The notes beneath the pieces are model-generated. The model searched no databases and had not been told where the DNA came from. It saw nothing but the letters and a program-made list of their open reading frames with translations. Position numbers and translations under genes: made by a program. Below are positions 25,064 through 36,412 of a stretch of 64,000 bases of DNA, piece after piece. The stretch is taken from contig JAADVB010000005.1 in NCBI GenBank assembly GCA_023334545.1, forward strand, positions 112,279 to 176,278, read 5' to 3'. Source of the DNA: Salisapilia sapeloensis CBS 127946 (taxonomy: Eukaryota > Protista > Oomycota). Numbering within the stretch: the first letter of the stretch is position 1; every line of letters starts with the position of its first letter.

Positions 25064-25942
25064 TTAACCATGCTGCTGCACAGGTCCATTGCCATGGTAC
25101 TTGAGGGACGTCACCCAGTTGCTACGACGACCGGTCGGGTGACGGAATTGACGGCAGCTCTTCTTGCCTTCACGCTTGATCAAGTTCTCGACCTTTTCCG
25201 ACAAAAAGTTGTGCGAGTAAGCCTTCTGGCCTTCAAAGTCACCCGTCGGCGCAGGCTCTTCGACATCAATCTTCCAGTCTAATAACGCCCAAGTTACCAC
25301 ATCATCACGAGGTTACCGTATTGAAGACTCTACCTTGCTTTTGAGCGAAAGCGATGGCGTCTTCCTTGGTGTCAAACTTGAGCAATTGGCCGTGGTACGG
25401 ATCCGCCGTGGACGCCCAGCCCATCAACGGGTTCTTCCATGTACCTAGGTCGAGTTAGTATGACATGCATCATGAGATCGTAAGAAATAAATTCATACGA
25501 GGAGCGTTGAAACGGATTTCCCAGTGGCGAGTGTTGTATGTGCCACTCTGCATCTGGTGACGAGCAGGCTTCTTGATGTGCACTTCCTGACCGGCAGACC
25601 ACATGGACGTACCGGAAACGAGAGAAACCTCCCGAGGGTACGGCACATTCACGTCACCAACGGTGGGAGCAGCCTCCTCCGTAGCATGGTACGGCAAGAC
25701 TAGTACTATAGTAAGTATTTCGTATGAATCAAGAAGAACGGGAAGCGTATACTCGTGCGGTCCTTATCTTCGAGCGCTTGCTCCCTCAGAGCCGCCATGA
25801 GCTGCTCCTCCTTTTGCTTCGCCGCTTCATCCGAAGCGTCGTCCGCGAAAGAACGGACCTGCTGGACGGAACGTTGAAGAGACGACGTACGGAGCTTGGA
25901 TGCCACCGACAGGGCGCCCTTGACTTCCTTTAACATGACCAT
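25064..25942 (-). CDS. NDUFS4: NADH:ubiquinone oxidoreductase subunit NDUFS4 (18 kDa); multi-exon
   Basis: [14 protein letters not shown]...[41 protein letters not shown]; presequence-like N-terminus. Confidence 0.9.
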
Positions 25943-26246
25943 TTTCCCTTTTTGGTGGTCTTTTCAGCCACAAACCCAACTTTCTATACAATGCCACCAG
26001 TAGATTATCTGTTCATCCCGTGTCAACCTGCATTTGTCTAGATGTAGTAGTATTCAAGGAGATATTTGATGCATATATGAACGACTAAAAGGTAGTGAGA
26101 ATTGTTGTCATGTGGTACCCGTTTTCTACAGTAGTATTGCACTATTTTATTCCAAGTTTCCTTTTATTGTAATTTAAACTAATGTAGGCTGCTAGAGTTC
26201 ACAGCTCCTTGCCGAGGCATGCAGATAGTGAAAAGTAGAGCGTTTG

Positions 26247-27107
26247 TCATTTTGTGGTTGGTACGACGGATGTATTCGGTACTCCTGGTGCTTTGCTAGC
26301 GGTTGGTCCAGCACTCGCTCCCATCGTGTTATGACTGGTCTTACTTCGAAGTTTGTCTCGAATGGTAAGCGAGTAGCAAAGGACCATGGAAATTCTCATG
26401 TACAGAGCTTGGACAAATTCCCAACTATCGCCCGTAACCTCATTAAGAATCATGAACGGATATTCGTGGGTCATGAATACCACATAGAAGAATATATCCA
26501 ACTTTCGAGTCTTTGCCATCGCACGCCATCCATTATTGGCAAGTGCCAAGTAGTAGAATCGGAAGAAGACGACAAATGATAGACTGACGATCTCCAAGAT
26601 GTTGTCAAGCTCGATGAGGAAACTCAGAGCATGTCCGTCATAAAGAGCTAGTTCGATAAAGTTAAAGATGATGACTCCCCAGCTTATAGCGACGAGCGCT
26701 TCTGCGACATAAGTGAGATATCTCAAAGATCGGACTTTGACTCGACGAAGTACATCATGTCCGAGAATAGTAATCTGGGTCAAGAAGGTGAGGGCCGAAC
26801 AAACTTCCGATACATCGTTCATGCTGGCAACAAAGTCATCATCTGGACTAGCGAGTGGAATCATGACAACGAAGCTGAGGAAGGCAGCACCTATTAAACA
26901 GGCAACCCTCCATTCATGCCGTCGCGAGAAATACATTGTCGTAAGATATTGAAACAACGAGTAGTTGACAATCATACTCAGCGGCTCGCCAAGGTACATA
27001 TCAAAAAAGTGCATCGACGAAGAAGCTTTGACATGGGACGCAAAGCCAGATGCCAAGACGGTGGAATTGGCGGCGTCCGTCGCGTTGACAATCATCACCC
27101 GTGTCAA
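26247..27107 (-). CDS. Orphan polytopic membrane protein, about 7 TM
   Basis: Intronless 286-aa ORF with about seven hydrophobic segments and N-terminal NAT/NST sequons. Confidence 0.75.
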   Translation of the reverse strand: MTRVMIVNATDAANSTVLASGFASHVKASSSMHFFDMYLGEPLSMIVNYSLFQYLTTMYFSRRHEWRVACLIGAAFLSFVVMIPLASPDDDFVASMNDVSEVCSALTFLTQITILGHDVLRRVKVRSLRYLTYVAEALVAISWGVIIFNFIELALYDGHALSFLIELDNILEIVSLSFVVFFRFYYLALANNGWRAMAKTRKLDIFFYVVFMTHEYPFMILNEVTGDSWEFVQALYMRISMVLCYSLTIRDKLRSKTSHNTMGASAGPTASKAPGVPNTSVVPTTK

Positions 27108-27408
27108 TCGTGTACCTGGGTGGACACCTAATGTAGAAGCTAAGTACGGAGAAACCTATCTTTATCGTCCACGAAATACGTTTCAAAACCTACACGAACA
27201 CAACCGCACTCGCCTCACCGTCTCCATTCAAAAATTTAGGGTCATCCTTCCTGGCTGTTGATCCTAAAATTCTCATCGGCGCGACGTAACACAAACTCTC
27301 TATAGATAGACACAAAGCATAGCAGCCAAAAGTAGAAACGGTCGACAGCTACCGTCCGATACGTCGTGCCTCTTCACCCTCCCTTCGTTCTTTCATATAA
27401 AAGCCACT

Positions 27409-28806
27409 ATGTCCATGCATATATTGCAAGCACACCAGTCGTTACGGCAGAGCCGTCGCGACGATATGAGCGATGATCGCTCAAGCATTTCACGCTCCAA
27501 CTATGCCAAACGCAAATACAAGAGCGAGTACGGCAGACCGAGCGAAGACACGCCGCTTATTGGTGGTCTGGAAGAAGACACGACGCGTAGCTTACCGGAC
27601 AAGAGTCCGGCTTCTCGGCCCCACAGTCTCGACGGTAGCAGCAGCAGTGGCGGACAATCTTTTCAAGTGGAGGATGCTTTCAGAACCACACCAACGCTAT
27701 ATGAGGACTTCTACGACATGTACGCGATGATTATGTCCAACTATCTGAACCTCTTCCTACTCTTCATCCCGCTGGCCATTTGGTCCTACCTCGCCTCCTG
27801 GAGTGATGGATACATCTTCACATTTAATTTCCTCGTCATGATTCCGCTCGCCAACATCCTTGGGGAATCCACGGAGGCACTCGCGTTCCACACGGGCGAG
27901 ACCATCGGCGGCCTAGTCAACGCGACATTTGGCAACGCCGTGGAAGTCGTCGTCTCGGTCCTGGCGCTGGGTCAAGGCGAGATCGCTGTTGTCCAGTCCT
28001 CTTTAATCGGTTCCGTTCTCTCCAACCTGCTCCTCGTCCTAGGCTGTAGCTTCCTCGCCGGAGGATTGTACCACAAAGAGAATTCCTTTAATGCTGTTGG
28101 TGCGAGTGCGAACTCTTCGCTACTCATGCTATCGAGCCTCGCGATGCTCCTTCCGTCCTACTTGTACTACTTTTCGAATCCCGACCAGGATGATGAAAGT
28201 CGTTTGGAAAGCACGTTAACACTCTCGCGTATCGCAGCAGCCTTCCTCTTGTTCATGTACATCCAACTCCTGTTCTTCCAGCTGCACACGCACCTGGAGC
28301 TCTTCCAATCTGATGGAGACGAGGATGAAGATGACCTCGGTCTCTCCCGCCGAGCTAGTATCATGCTCCTGCTCATCTCTACGCTCGCCGTCGCACTCTT
28401 CTCCGAATACCTCGTGAGCTCCATCGACGGCTTTGCAGATTCCCTTCACATCAGTAAATCCTTCATAGGCATTGTCCTCTTACCGATTGTCGGCAATGCC
28501 GTCGAGCACGTAACGGCCGTAAAAGTCGCTCTGAACAACAAGATGGAGCTGGCCATGGGCGTCGCTGTCGGGTCTGCGACGCAAGTGTCTCTCTTTGTCG
28601 TCCCGGTCGTCGTTCTAGCTGGCTGGGCGATGGGAAAGCCGATGATTCTCGCCTTCCCTCAATACGAGATTCTCATCTACCTCATGTCCATCATCATTGT
28701 CTACGCGATCATCGCAGACGGCAAGTCGAATTGGCTCGAAGGCTCGATGCTCGTGACAGCCTACCTCCTCGTCTCCGTCAGCCTCTTCTACGTCAACGTC
28801 GAGTAG
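27409..28806 (+). CDS. CAX: Ca2+/H+ antiporter (CAX/VCX1 family)
   Basis: Alpha-repeats GGLVNATFGNAVE and LPIVGNAVEH; SSLIGSVLSNLLLVLG; acidic central loop. Confidence 0.95.
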   Translation: MSMHILQAHQSLRQSRRDDMSDDRSSISRSNYAKRKYKSEYGRPSEDTPLIGGLEEDTTRSLPDKSPASRPHSLDGSSSSGGQSFQVEDAFRTTPTLYEDFYDMYAMIMSNYLNLFLLFIPLAIWSYLASWSDGYIFTFNFLVMIPLANILGESTEALAFHTGETIGGLVNATFGNAVEVVVSVLALGQGEIAVVQSSLIGSVLSNLLLVLGCSFLAGGLYHKENSFNAVGASANSSLLMLSSLAMLLPSYLYYFSNPDQDDESRLESTLTLSRIAAAFLLFMYIQLLFFQLHTHLELFQSDGDEDEDDLGLSRRASIMLLLISTLAVALFSEYLVSSIDGFADSLHISKSFIGIVLLPIVGNAVEHVTAVKVALNNKMELAMGVAVGSATQVSLFVVPVVVLAGWAMGKPMILAFPQYEILIYLMSIIIVYAIIADGKSNWLEGSMLVTAYLLVSVSLFYVNVE

Positions 28807-28955
28807 AGGCTGTCCACTGCAGTGGACGTAAGTAGCAATATACAGGTCATTTGCTTATCATGCACAACGTAGACAAGGATGTATACGAAGCATATCAAGT
28901 TCTAAAAGAAGACGACGTTCATTTTCACGGTCTATAACGGAACGGATGGACTAGT

Positions 28956-29468
28956 CTATGCTTGGCATTCAATGTCCTTGCCACATCCCTTGGCGGCGCA
29001 CTGACCACCCTTCTCGAGGTACTTCTGGTGATACTCTTCTGCCGGCCAAAAGACTTTGAAAGGTTCGATCTCCGTCACGATCTTGTCCTTATAATTCTTC
29101 TGTGCTTCGTCACGAGACTTTTCAGCAATTTCCTTTTGCTCTTCGTTGTGGTAGTAGATGCCAGTGCGGTAGTTGGTGCCAACGTCCTCTTGCTGCCGAT
29201 TGAGCTGTGTCGGGTCGTGGATAGACCAGAACGTGTCGAGTAACTGGGCGTAGGTCACTTCCTTCGGGTCATACTCGACACGGACGCTCTCGGCGTGTCC
29301 GGTCGTCTTTGCACGCACTTCCTGGTACGTTGGTTCATCCTTGTGGCCTTGGGCATACCCGACCGTAGTGTTGGTGACACCAGGTAGACGCTGGTAGGCA
29401 AGTTCGACGCCCCAGAAGCAACCAGCAGCAAAGGTGGCAATGTTCGTTGATGTGTTGTCGGAAGTCAT
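28956..29468 (-). CDS. msrA: Peptide methionine sulfoxide reductase A
   Basis: [15 protein letters not shown]...[21 protein letters not shown]. Confidence 0.97.
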   Translation of the reverse strand: MTSDNTSTNIATFAAGCFWGVELAYQRLPGVTNTTVGYAQGHKDEPTYQEVRAKTTGHAESVRVEYDPKEVTYAQLLDTFWSIHDPTQLNRQQEDVGTNYRTGIYYHNEEQKEIAEKSRDEAQKNYKDKIVTEIEPFKVFWPAEEYHQKYLEKGGQCAAKGCGKDIECQA

Positions 29469-29662
29469 TGATACAGAGTGACAAATTGAATATGAGCTTC
29501 CTGTGGATGGGAAGGCTGGATCAGATCAAGTAGCTCGCTACTATCCACTCGCCACGTACCTGTCACAAATATTTGCTTTAGTTTACATACAATTCGCAAG
29601 ATAATGTCTTGTTTATTTATGTTTAGTACACTAATTACGACAAATAAAAATCCTTATTCAAG

Positions 29663-31276
29663 ATGCGTCATCTTTCTCGCATGTGTGTGCTTTGCTTGCT
29701 GCTGGCATTGGTTTTGCAAGTTACGTTTGCTGCTATGTATACTGAAGATGATGACGATGAAGACGGAGAGGATGAGTTTGACTTTATGTCGATTAATGTG
29801 GGTATTTATGTTGGAATATGTATTCGCATGAGGATGTACTCGACTTTTGTTTACGTATCGACCGTTGTAGCTGGACTCGTTCGGGAATCATGAGCTGAAA
29901 CATGAAAATGACGTGTGTATCGGAGACCTGTGCGTTTCCGAGGATGAATCTGATATTCTCTCCGTCTCTGAGCGCAATCTTGTCACAACCACGCCACGGA
30001 TCAAGGATATCTTGCAGGTATCTTCCTCAAGTCCATGCCCGTGAAGACCGTAACGTAATGGCATTTAATAGGAATGTGACCGTCCAGCGTCTGATGTGAC
30101 CCGTCACTCGTTTGCAGGAGAGTCCTTGGGCTACGTGACACCATGGAATAACCGAGGCTACGACTATGCCAAGACCTTTCGATCGAAATTCACCTACATC
30201 TCTCCAGTCTGGTTGCAGATTCGAGAGACTGCAGATAAGCAACCGATCATCACAGGTGTCCAGGACATTGACATCGAGTGGATAAAGGATGTCAAATACG
30301 GTATCGATCGTCAGGATAGCAAAGATGGCGGACCGAAAATCGTGCCGAGAGTCGTGTACGAACGAAATACGCTCAAGGCAGCTGATGTGGACGTGATCGT
30401 CGACCAGCTCACGGACTTGATGGACGAACACGACTTAGATGGGATGGTCCTAGAGGTACGCATGACACGACTATTGTATCTTTTGTAAACACACATCTAA
30501 TAGGGACGGAGTAGATGCCAACTACTGAAGGCACGCTACCTTTTATCAAACACGTTGGCACCGTGTTCCAAGAGGTCAACAAGCTGTTTCTACTTGTACT
30601 GACCCAAGCATCCAAGGAGGTACCTTCACCATGATGTATACCTAATACCTTGAGAATGCATTCTAATGGAAAGCTACAAGGGCAAGTTACCAGTATCCCA
30701 TGACATCCTGTCCGAGCTATTACCCGTCGTTCATCGCTTCTCTATGAACGCGTACGACTATCAGTCACCAGGTCCAAACGCTCCATTGCCGTGGATCCAA
30801 AGTACCATCAGCCAATTCACATTGGAAGAAAAGCAAAAGGTCCTCATGGGCATCCCCTTCTACGGATACGACCAACGAGGTACCACTAGTACACCTACAT
30901 CTTCTATAGCGTTTATCTCATAAATATACAGACGCAATCACAGCTTCCAAGTACTTGGAAACTCTTCAGCAATCCACTTCTTCAAGACTGTCCTGGGACA
31001 ATACTGCCCATGTACCTCTACTCATCCAACTTCACCGTCCATCCAACTAACATCATCAATAGGAGTGCCATCACCAATACATTCCCAACGGACGCAACCG
31101 AAAGGTCTACTTTCCCTGTCTCCAATTCCTCCACGACCGTCTACACCTCTACCAGACCTCCAGCATCGCTGGTACTGCCATCTGGGAACTCGGTCAAGGT
31201 ACACACCTCCATCTATCTATATCTACCTCATCTCACTCTCTTCTTAGGTCTCGACTACTTTTACGATTTACTTTAA
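29663..31276 (+). CDS. CHID1: Chitinase domain-containing protein 1 (GH18-like, secreted); multi-exon
   Basis: Signal peptide, LGYVTPWNNRGYD, KFTYISPVWLQI, MNAYDY..PGPNAPLPW, VLMGIPFYG, AIWELGQGLDYFYDLL*. Confidence 0.9.
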
Positions 31277-31335
31277 ACCAAGTCAATGTATCAACTTGTT
31301 CCCATTATCCTTCCATTTACTCGAAACGTCTTCAT

Positions 31336-34300
31336 CTACTTGCCGACCAAATGCTGCGTTGATCCTTCAATCGTTTCCAAATGAGCACCGGGATGATACG
31401 GACTCATACGACGCGTCGCATCGGCAAACTCTTTCAAGAGCTTACGAACTTCCGTTAGACTCTCGACAGAGTACGATGACGCATGACGAGTCGTACCAGG
31501 CGTATTCGCGCCCGCGACGACCGTAAAGATCGACGCGTTATCCGCGAGACGGATTGGAACCTTTTGTAAACGACTGAACGCTACCTTATTGTCCTCATCC
31601 ACCGTCCTCGCGCCTTCGAGATCCTCTTCTTCGCTGCTTACACCGAGACTGCCACGACGACGGTGACCTCGCTGGCTCTTGCGATTGCGCAAGCTCCCGG
31701 GACTACGACTTAGCATACTCGACTGATGCGGATTATCCACACTCCTCGACCTCGTCAGCGGCACCGATTCCTCCAGCAGCTTCTTGCTCGCGACAGGAGA
31801 CTTACTCGCTCCTCGTGCACGATCCTTGCCGCCAGAGTCCGACCTCGCACGCGCTCTCGCAGCAACTCCCTTGCCCGACATAGATCTATTCCGCTTCGTC
31901 TGTCGCTCCTTGGACTCAGTGACAAGCGTATTGAGTGTATTAAAGACTTGTTCGTCAGCATCATCGTCACTGACGCACAGGACAAAGTCCACTTCGGTGC
32001 CGTGCTTCTTGGCAACTTGCTTCGGCAGCGATAAGTGCTTAAGGATACCTTCCAGCACTTTTCCTTTCGTGCATCCATCATGCTCGACACTGACATACAT
32101 GTTGCCTTGGCTGACTTCAAGAGCTGTTCCAAGTAGCTGCCGCTCGAGAATCAACTGCAGGTCCTTAGCCTGCCATGCACCAAAGTGCACATCAGCGTCG
32201 CCATAGTACCATGTAAGCGAACTCTCCTTGTCTTGGATGTACGAGCCTGGCGTACGGTCAGTGAATCCCAGCATCGTCGGGAGCACCAGGTCCTTCCAAG
32301 AGGAATCTTCTCCTTCAAACGAATCTCCAGACACACCACTCTCCGTCGGGGCGTGGATACTTGACTTGCGATGCGTATGAGGACTGCTTTCCGTTGCATT
32401 CTCCGTACTCGCAGTACTCGCACGTGTGGACGTGTGGTCGTAATGGAATTTGCTCATGGTTTTCCAGTGCTCTCGGTCGTTACTCAAGTCCATGCGGTAG
32501 AAAAATCCGTCTTCTGCAGCTACACCGATGCGCACGCCACTCAACCACGTCTCGAGGAACTTGCGTTCATGCGCAGAGACGACAAAAACTGTGTTGCATT
32601 CATCCTTGGACAACGTGTCGACGACAGCTTTAAAGTTCGGCCCGACGGCTGCGAGCGGTAGGAGAGAGTGTTGCGGCGTCAGCGTCTTGTCATAGTCCAG
32701 TACGATCACTCGGTTCTTCGCTTTGCGGTATGCCGCGACCACAGCTTTGTGGTTGAGCTTGGGTAGTGCCGTGGGGGAGTTCAAGTTCTTCTCACTTGCA
32801 TCATGCAGAGACTTTAAAAAGCTCTGACCCCAACTAGCAGCACTGTTCGTCGACACGTAGCGGTAGAGCTTTTGCTGACGGATCTCACGCTCGGCACGGA
32901 CCATACCGAGTGCCTGGTTCATGGAAGATGCCAGGTCTTCCGTGTTCCAAGGGTTCACCACGACGGCACCACTCAGACTCTGCGCACTACCGGCGAATTC
33001 ACTGAGGACGAGGACACCAGGTCCACCCTTCTCGCCTTCCCAGTCCGGAAGCGATTTGGAGGCAGATGCGACGCTAGGAGGCAGGGTCGAGTCGTCCGTT
33101 TGCTCGTCCTTGTAGCGGCGCGTAAAGTGTTGCTGGCACGCGACGAACTCGTGAGATACGAGGTTCATGCCGTCACGTGTAGACGTTACGAGACACACAT
33201 CTGCCAGGTTGTACAAGGCACACAGGTCTTCCATACTGGTCATGCGCTGGTGGATAAAGTGGATGGGCGCATAGTCGATGGAGCCAAAGGTACCGTTGAT
33301 ACGTCCGACGAGCTGATTGACATGGCCGATCAAGTGGTGGAAGCTCTGGGAACTCATCTCCAGCTGCTCTCCGCCCCAACTCACCAACGTCTCGCTCTGT
33401 CCGTCCTTCTTGTCATTACCACTCTCGTCTTCGTCCGTACCACGCGCTTCATCTGCAGAAGCAGATGAGAGACCGATTTGGATGAGCACGACGTTGTGTC
33501 GCCATTCCGGGTACTTGTTCAAGAGTTCTTCCATCGCTAAGAGTTTGTGCGGAATTCCCTTGATGTGGTCAAGACGATCGATGCCGAGGATGACACGCTT
33601 GCCACCAAACTTACCGTGTAAGTCAGCTACACGCGTTATGGTCGACGGATTGGACGCCAATGTTGCGAACGGATCGACGTTGATTCCAATAGGGAAAACG
33701 CCGAGGGAAGTCGAGTGGTCACGTCCGGCAACCGTAGTGCGAATGCCCTTGCGAGAAGAGTCGACACCGAGGAGGCGTTGGCAAGTTGCGATAAAGTGAC
33801 GTTCGAAGTCAAACGTCTGGAAACCCACAAGGTCTGCCTTGAGCACACCAGACAGAAGCTGCGCTCGGACAGGTAGTCGGCAGTAGACGTCTGACGTTGG
33901 GAATGGCGTGTGGAGGAACCAGCCGATGTGACTTTGCGGCAGACGTTGACGTAAGAGAGAAGGCAAGAGCATCAGGTGATAGTCATGCACCCAGATCGCG
34001 TCTCCTTCCTTATAAACTTCGGCAACAGCGTCAGCGAAGCTTTCGTTGGCTGACTCATATGCGCGCCAGTCTTGTTTGTTAAAGCGTTTGGTCGAATGGA
34101 AAGTAGATGAGTCACGAGCGGAGGAAGTCGTGAGGGCAATAGGCTCCGAGACGTAGTGGAAGAGAGACCAGATTACATCAGATGAAAAGCTACCGTGCTT
34201 GGTAGCAGTGTCCTCGCTTAAGAATACTGGAAGACAGTTGTGCTGGAGTAAGAGGCGACGGACGGCGTCTTGTTCGTTGGCAGGAACGTGCTGACCGACC

Positions 34301-34989
34301 CATCCAACCCAGAGGAACGGCGTGTCTTCACGGACGCCAGTAAGACACATGAGCTTGTCGAGACCGCCAGTGGTGCTCGAAGCAGACCATTTACCAGATG
34401 AGCTGTCACGTTTTAAAACGACCGGAAGAGTGTTGCAGACGACAATAAGATGCTGTCCATTGCTAAGGCCGGAAGATTGCTTAGTATAGTATTTTGCATC
34501 CTTGGAGCTTGTCTCTTCATCACTATCATATCCTTCTTCCGAACGAAGCTACACAGATACTTAGTACATAGCTCTTTTCATATATATTTCTTATAAAAAG
34601 TCGAATTAAAGTGTATCCTTAATAGCTAAAGACCCTGAAAGCCAGCAGTATTTATACCAAGCAGACTAGTCTCAAGCCATTAAAGATACATCTTCCGGAT
34701 CGAATAGATCCCAACACAAGTTGAAGCTATGGATCCAAAGATCGAATGTTAAATGTACATGCAACTGTACCTGTGAGAGTTGTTGCTGTAGTTCTTGGAT
34801 ATTCGCGAGAATCTCCTGTTCCTCCAGATTGAGTGCGTCGGAGCGTGCCGAATCATGCTCCGGTGCGCGTTGCGAAACAAAGAACTCGTGCGGTGGAGAC
34901 GCAGGTGGCGCGACAGTGTTCGTTAGTGCCGGGTTCACGGCCACTGCGCCTGGTTGCGTAGTGGAGGCCAACGTAGCTTGTTCAGCCAT
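31336..34989 (-). CDS. TPS: Trehalose-6-phosphate synthase/phosphatase fusion (GT20 + HAD)
   Basis: LIVVCNTLPV, WVHDYHLMLLP, GWFLHTPFP, DGMNLVSHEF, LVLSEFAGSA, VVNPWN; HAD part LDYDKTL, FTDRTPGSYIQDKE. The 5' exon at 34989-34771 is inferred. Confidence 0.92.
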
Positions 34990-35288
34990 GCGTATATGAG
35001 GTATGTTACCGTAGATGAAGGCGCTTCTGCAGCGTCGACTCGATTGGAAAATGACCTCTTGCTTCTACTTTGTTCCTTGCCAAACTTCCAGATCTCTCGG
35101 TGATATCAAATCTAGCCATTTTAACAACCGATCAAGATCTTTGACAATTTTTTAAAGTAAAAAGTTGTATGCTTACGAAATGGCTTCTTTTAGAATCCAT
35201 ACTAGATTCTATATATCTTTAGATAGTATGGCTAGTGAAGTGAAAAACTGCCACACCAAACCTTCTGAAGATACGGGAGTGTGGTTTT

Positions 35289-36197
35289 ATGAGACGTTAT
35301 CAGGAGAATAAGTATTGTGGACCAGGAAGTTTCGACGATTTGATCGGAATGGAGGAAGAGGACGAGAGCAAGGCGGCACCTGCGAGTCTCATTGACTCTC
35401 GGAGGCAACAAGCGTCTGTGGAGAACACACAAGAGTCGGCTCGGTACTTGTCTCGTAATCCAGACAGCTCCAATTCGTTTAGTCAAGCCTTTGCTGCACT
35501 TCGACAGACAGAATCGTATCAATCGGAGCCTATAGCTGCTCCAGCCAACGATGCAAACCCTCCATCTTCCTCATCTGGAGCAACGATCTTTGCCAATCGA
35601 GTCCAGACTGGCAATCCAGTCCTTCGCTCCGTGAAAAACGTCCAAGTACAGTTCCGAGACAACCTTATACCAGACTATGTCATGGGTGATGGCAGCCAAA
35701 CGTGCTGTGTGCTCTTCCTCAGCGTCCGTTACCACCTCTTACACACCGACTACCTCCAGCAACGAATCGACCGTATCCTCAAGGAAGACCAGACGACTTA
35801 TCGCACTCGTGTAGTCTTGTGCTTTGTCGATGTGGATGACAACGAAGGACCATTACAAGAAATCAATCGCGTTGCACTGCTCAATCGTTTCACACTGCTC
35901 CTGTCTTGGACATGGCTTGAAGCTGCCAGATATTTAGAGACACTTAAGGTATATGAGCATAAACCAGCAACACTCATCAAGGAGAAAGTCGACAATGAGT
36001 TTCTACCGACCGCGAACGACGTCCTAACTACCGTCCGCTCTGTCAACAAAACGGACGTCGTGACGTTACTTTCGACCTTCAACAATGTCCAGGGCGTCAT
36101 GAATGCATCTATGGAAGAGCTATCGTTATGTCCAGGCATTGGCGTTCGCAAAGTCCAGGACCTACTGCATACATTCCACGAACCATTCAGCAAGTAA
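35289..36197 (+). CDS. ERCC1: DNA excision repair protein ERCC1/Rad10
   Basis: QTGNPVLRSVKNV, PDYVMG, LFLSVRYHLLH, EAARYLETLK, HhH LSLCPGIGVRKV. Confidence 0.95.
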   Translation: MRRYQENKYCGPGSFDDLIGMEEEDESKAAPASLIDSRRQQASVENTQESARYLSRNPDSSNSFSQAFAALRQTESYQSEPIAAPANDANPPSSSSGATIFANRVQTGNPVLRSVKNVQVQFRDNLIPDYVMGDGSQTCCVLFLSVRYHLLHTDYLQQRIDRILKEDQTTYRTRVVLCFVDVDDNEGPLQEINRVALLNRFTLLLSWTWLEAARYLETLKVYEHKPATLIKEKVDNEFLPTANDVLTTVRSVNKTDVVTLLSTFNNVQGVMNASMEELSLCPGIGVRKVQDLLHTFHEPFSK

Positions 36198-36412
36198 AGA
36201 CGCCAAATCAATTTTTATTGCTGATTGTGCCACGCCGAGGCAATAACGCTTCTCGCTCTAACGCTCCTTCTTGGTCCTGCGACAAGCCACACCAGTCAAG
36301 CAATGTACTAACACTGTGGCAATGATTATTCATACGCAAGAGCCAAACAACATATACACATCCATTTCTCTCGTTTGTTCTTGGTTATCACCACAAAAGA
36401 AAGCAAAAGTCC

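Noticed and set aside
34613-34620. GTATCCTT, a U12-type donor consensus
   Set aside because: It is on the strand opposite to the TPS transcript, with no plus-strand gene to use it.
34549-34770. TPP riboswitch in the long TPS intron
   Set aside because: No recognisable CUGAGA / AUACC / CCUGAU..AAU aptamer elements on the transcribed strand.
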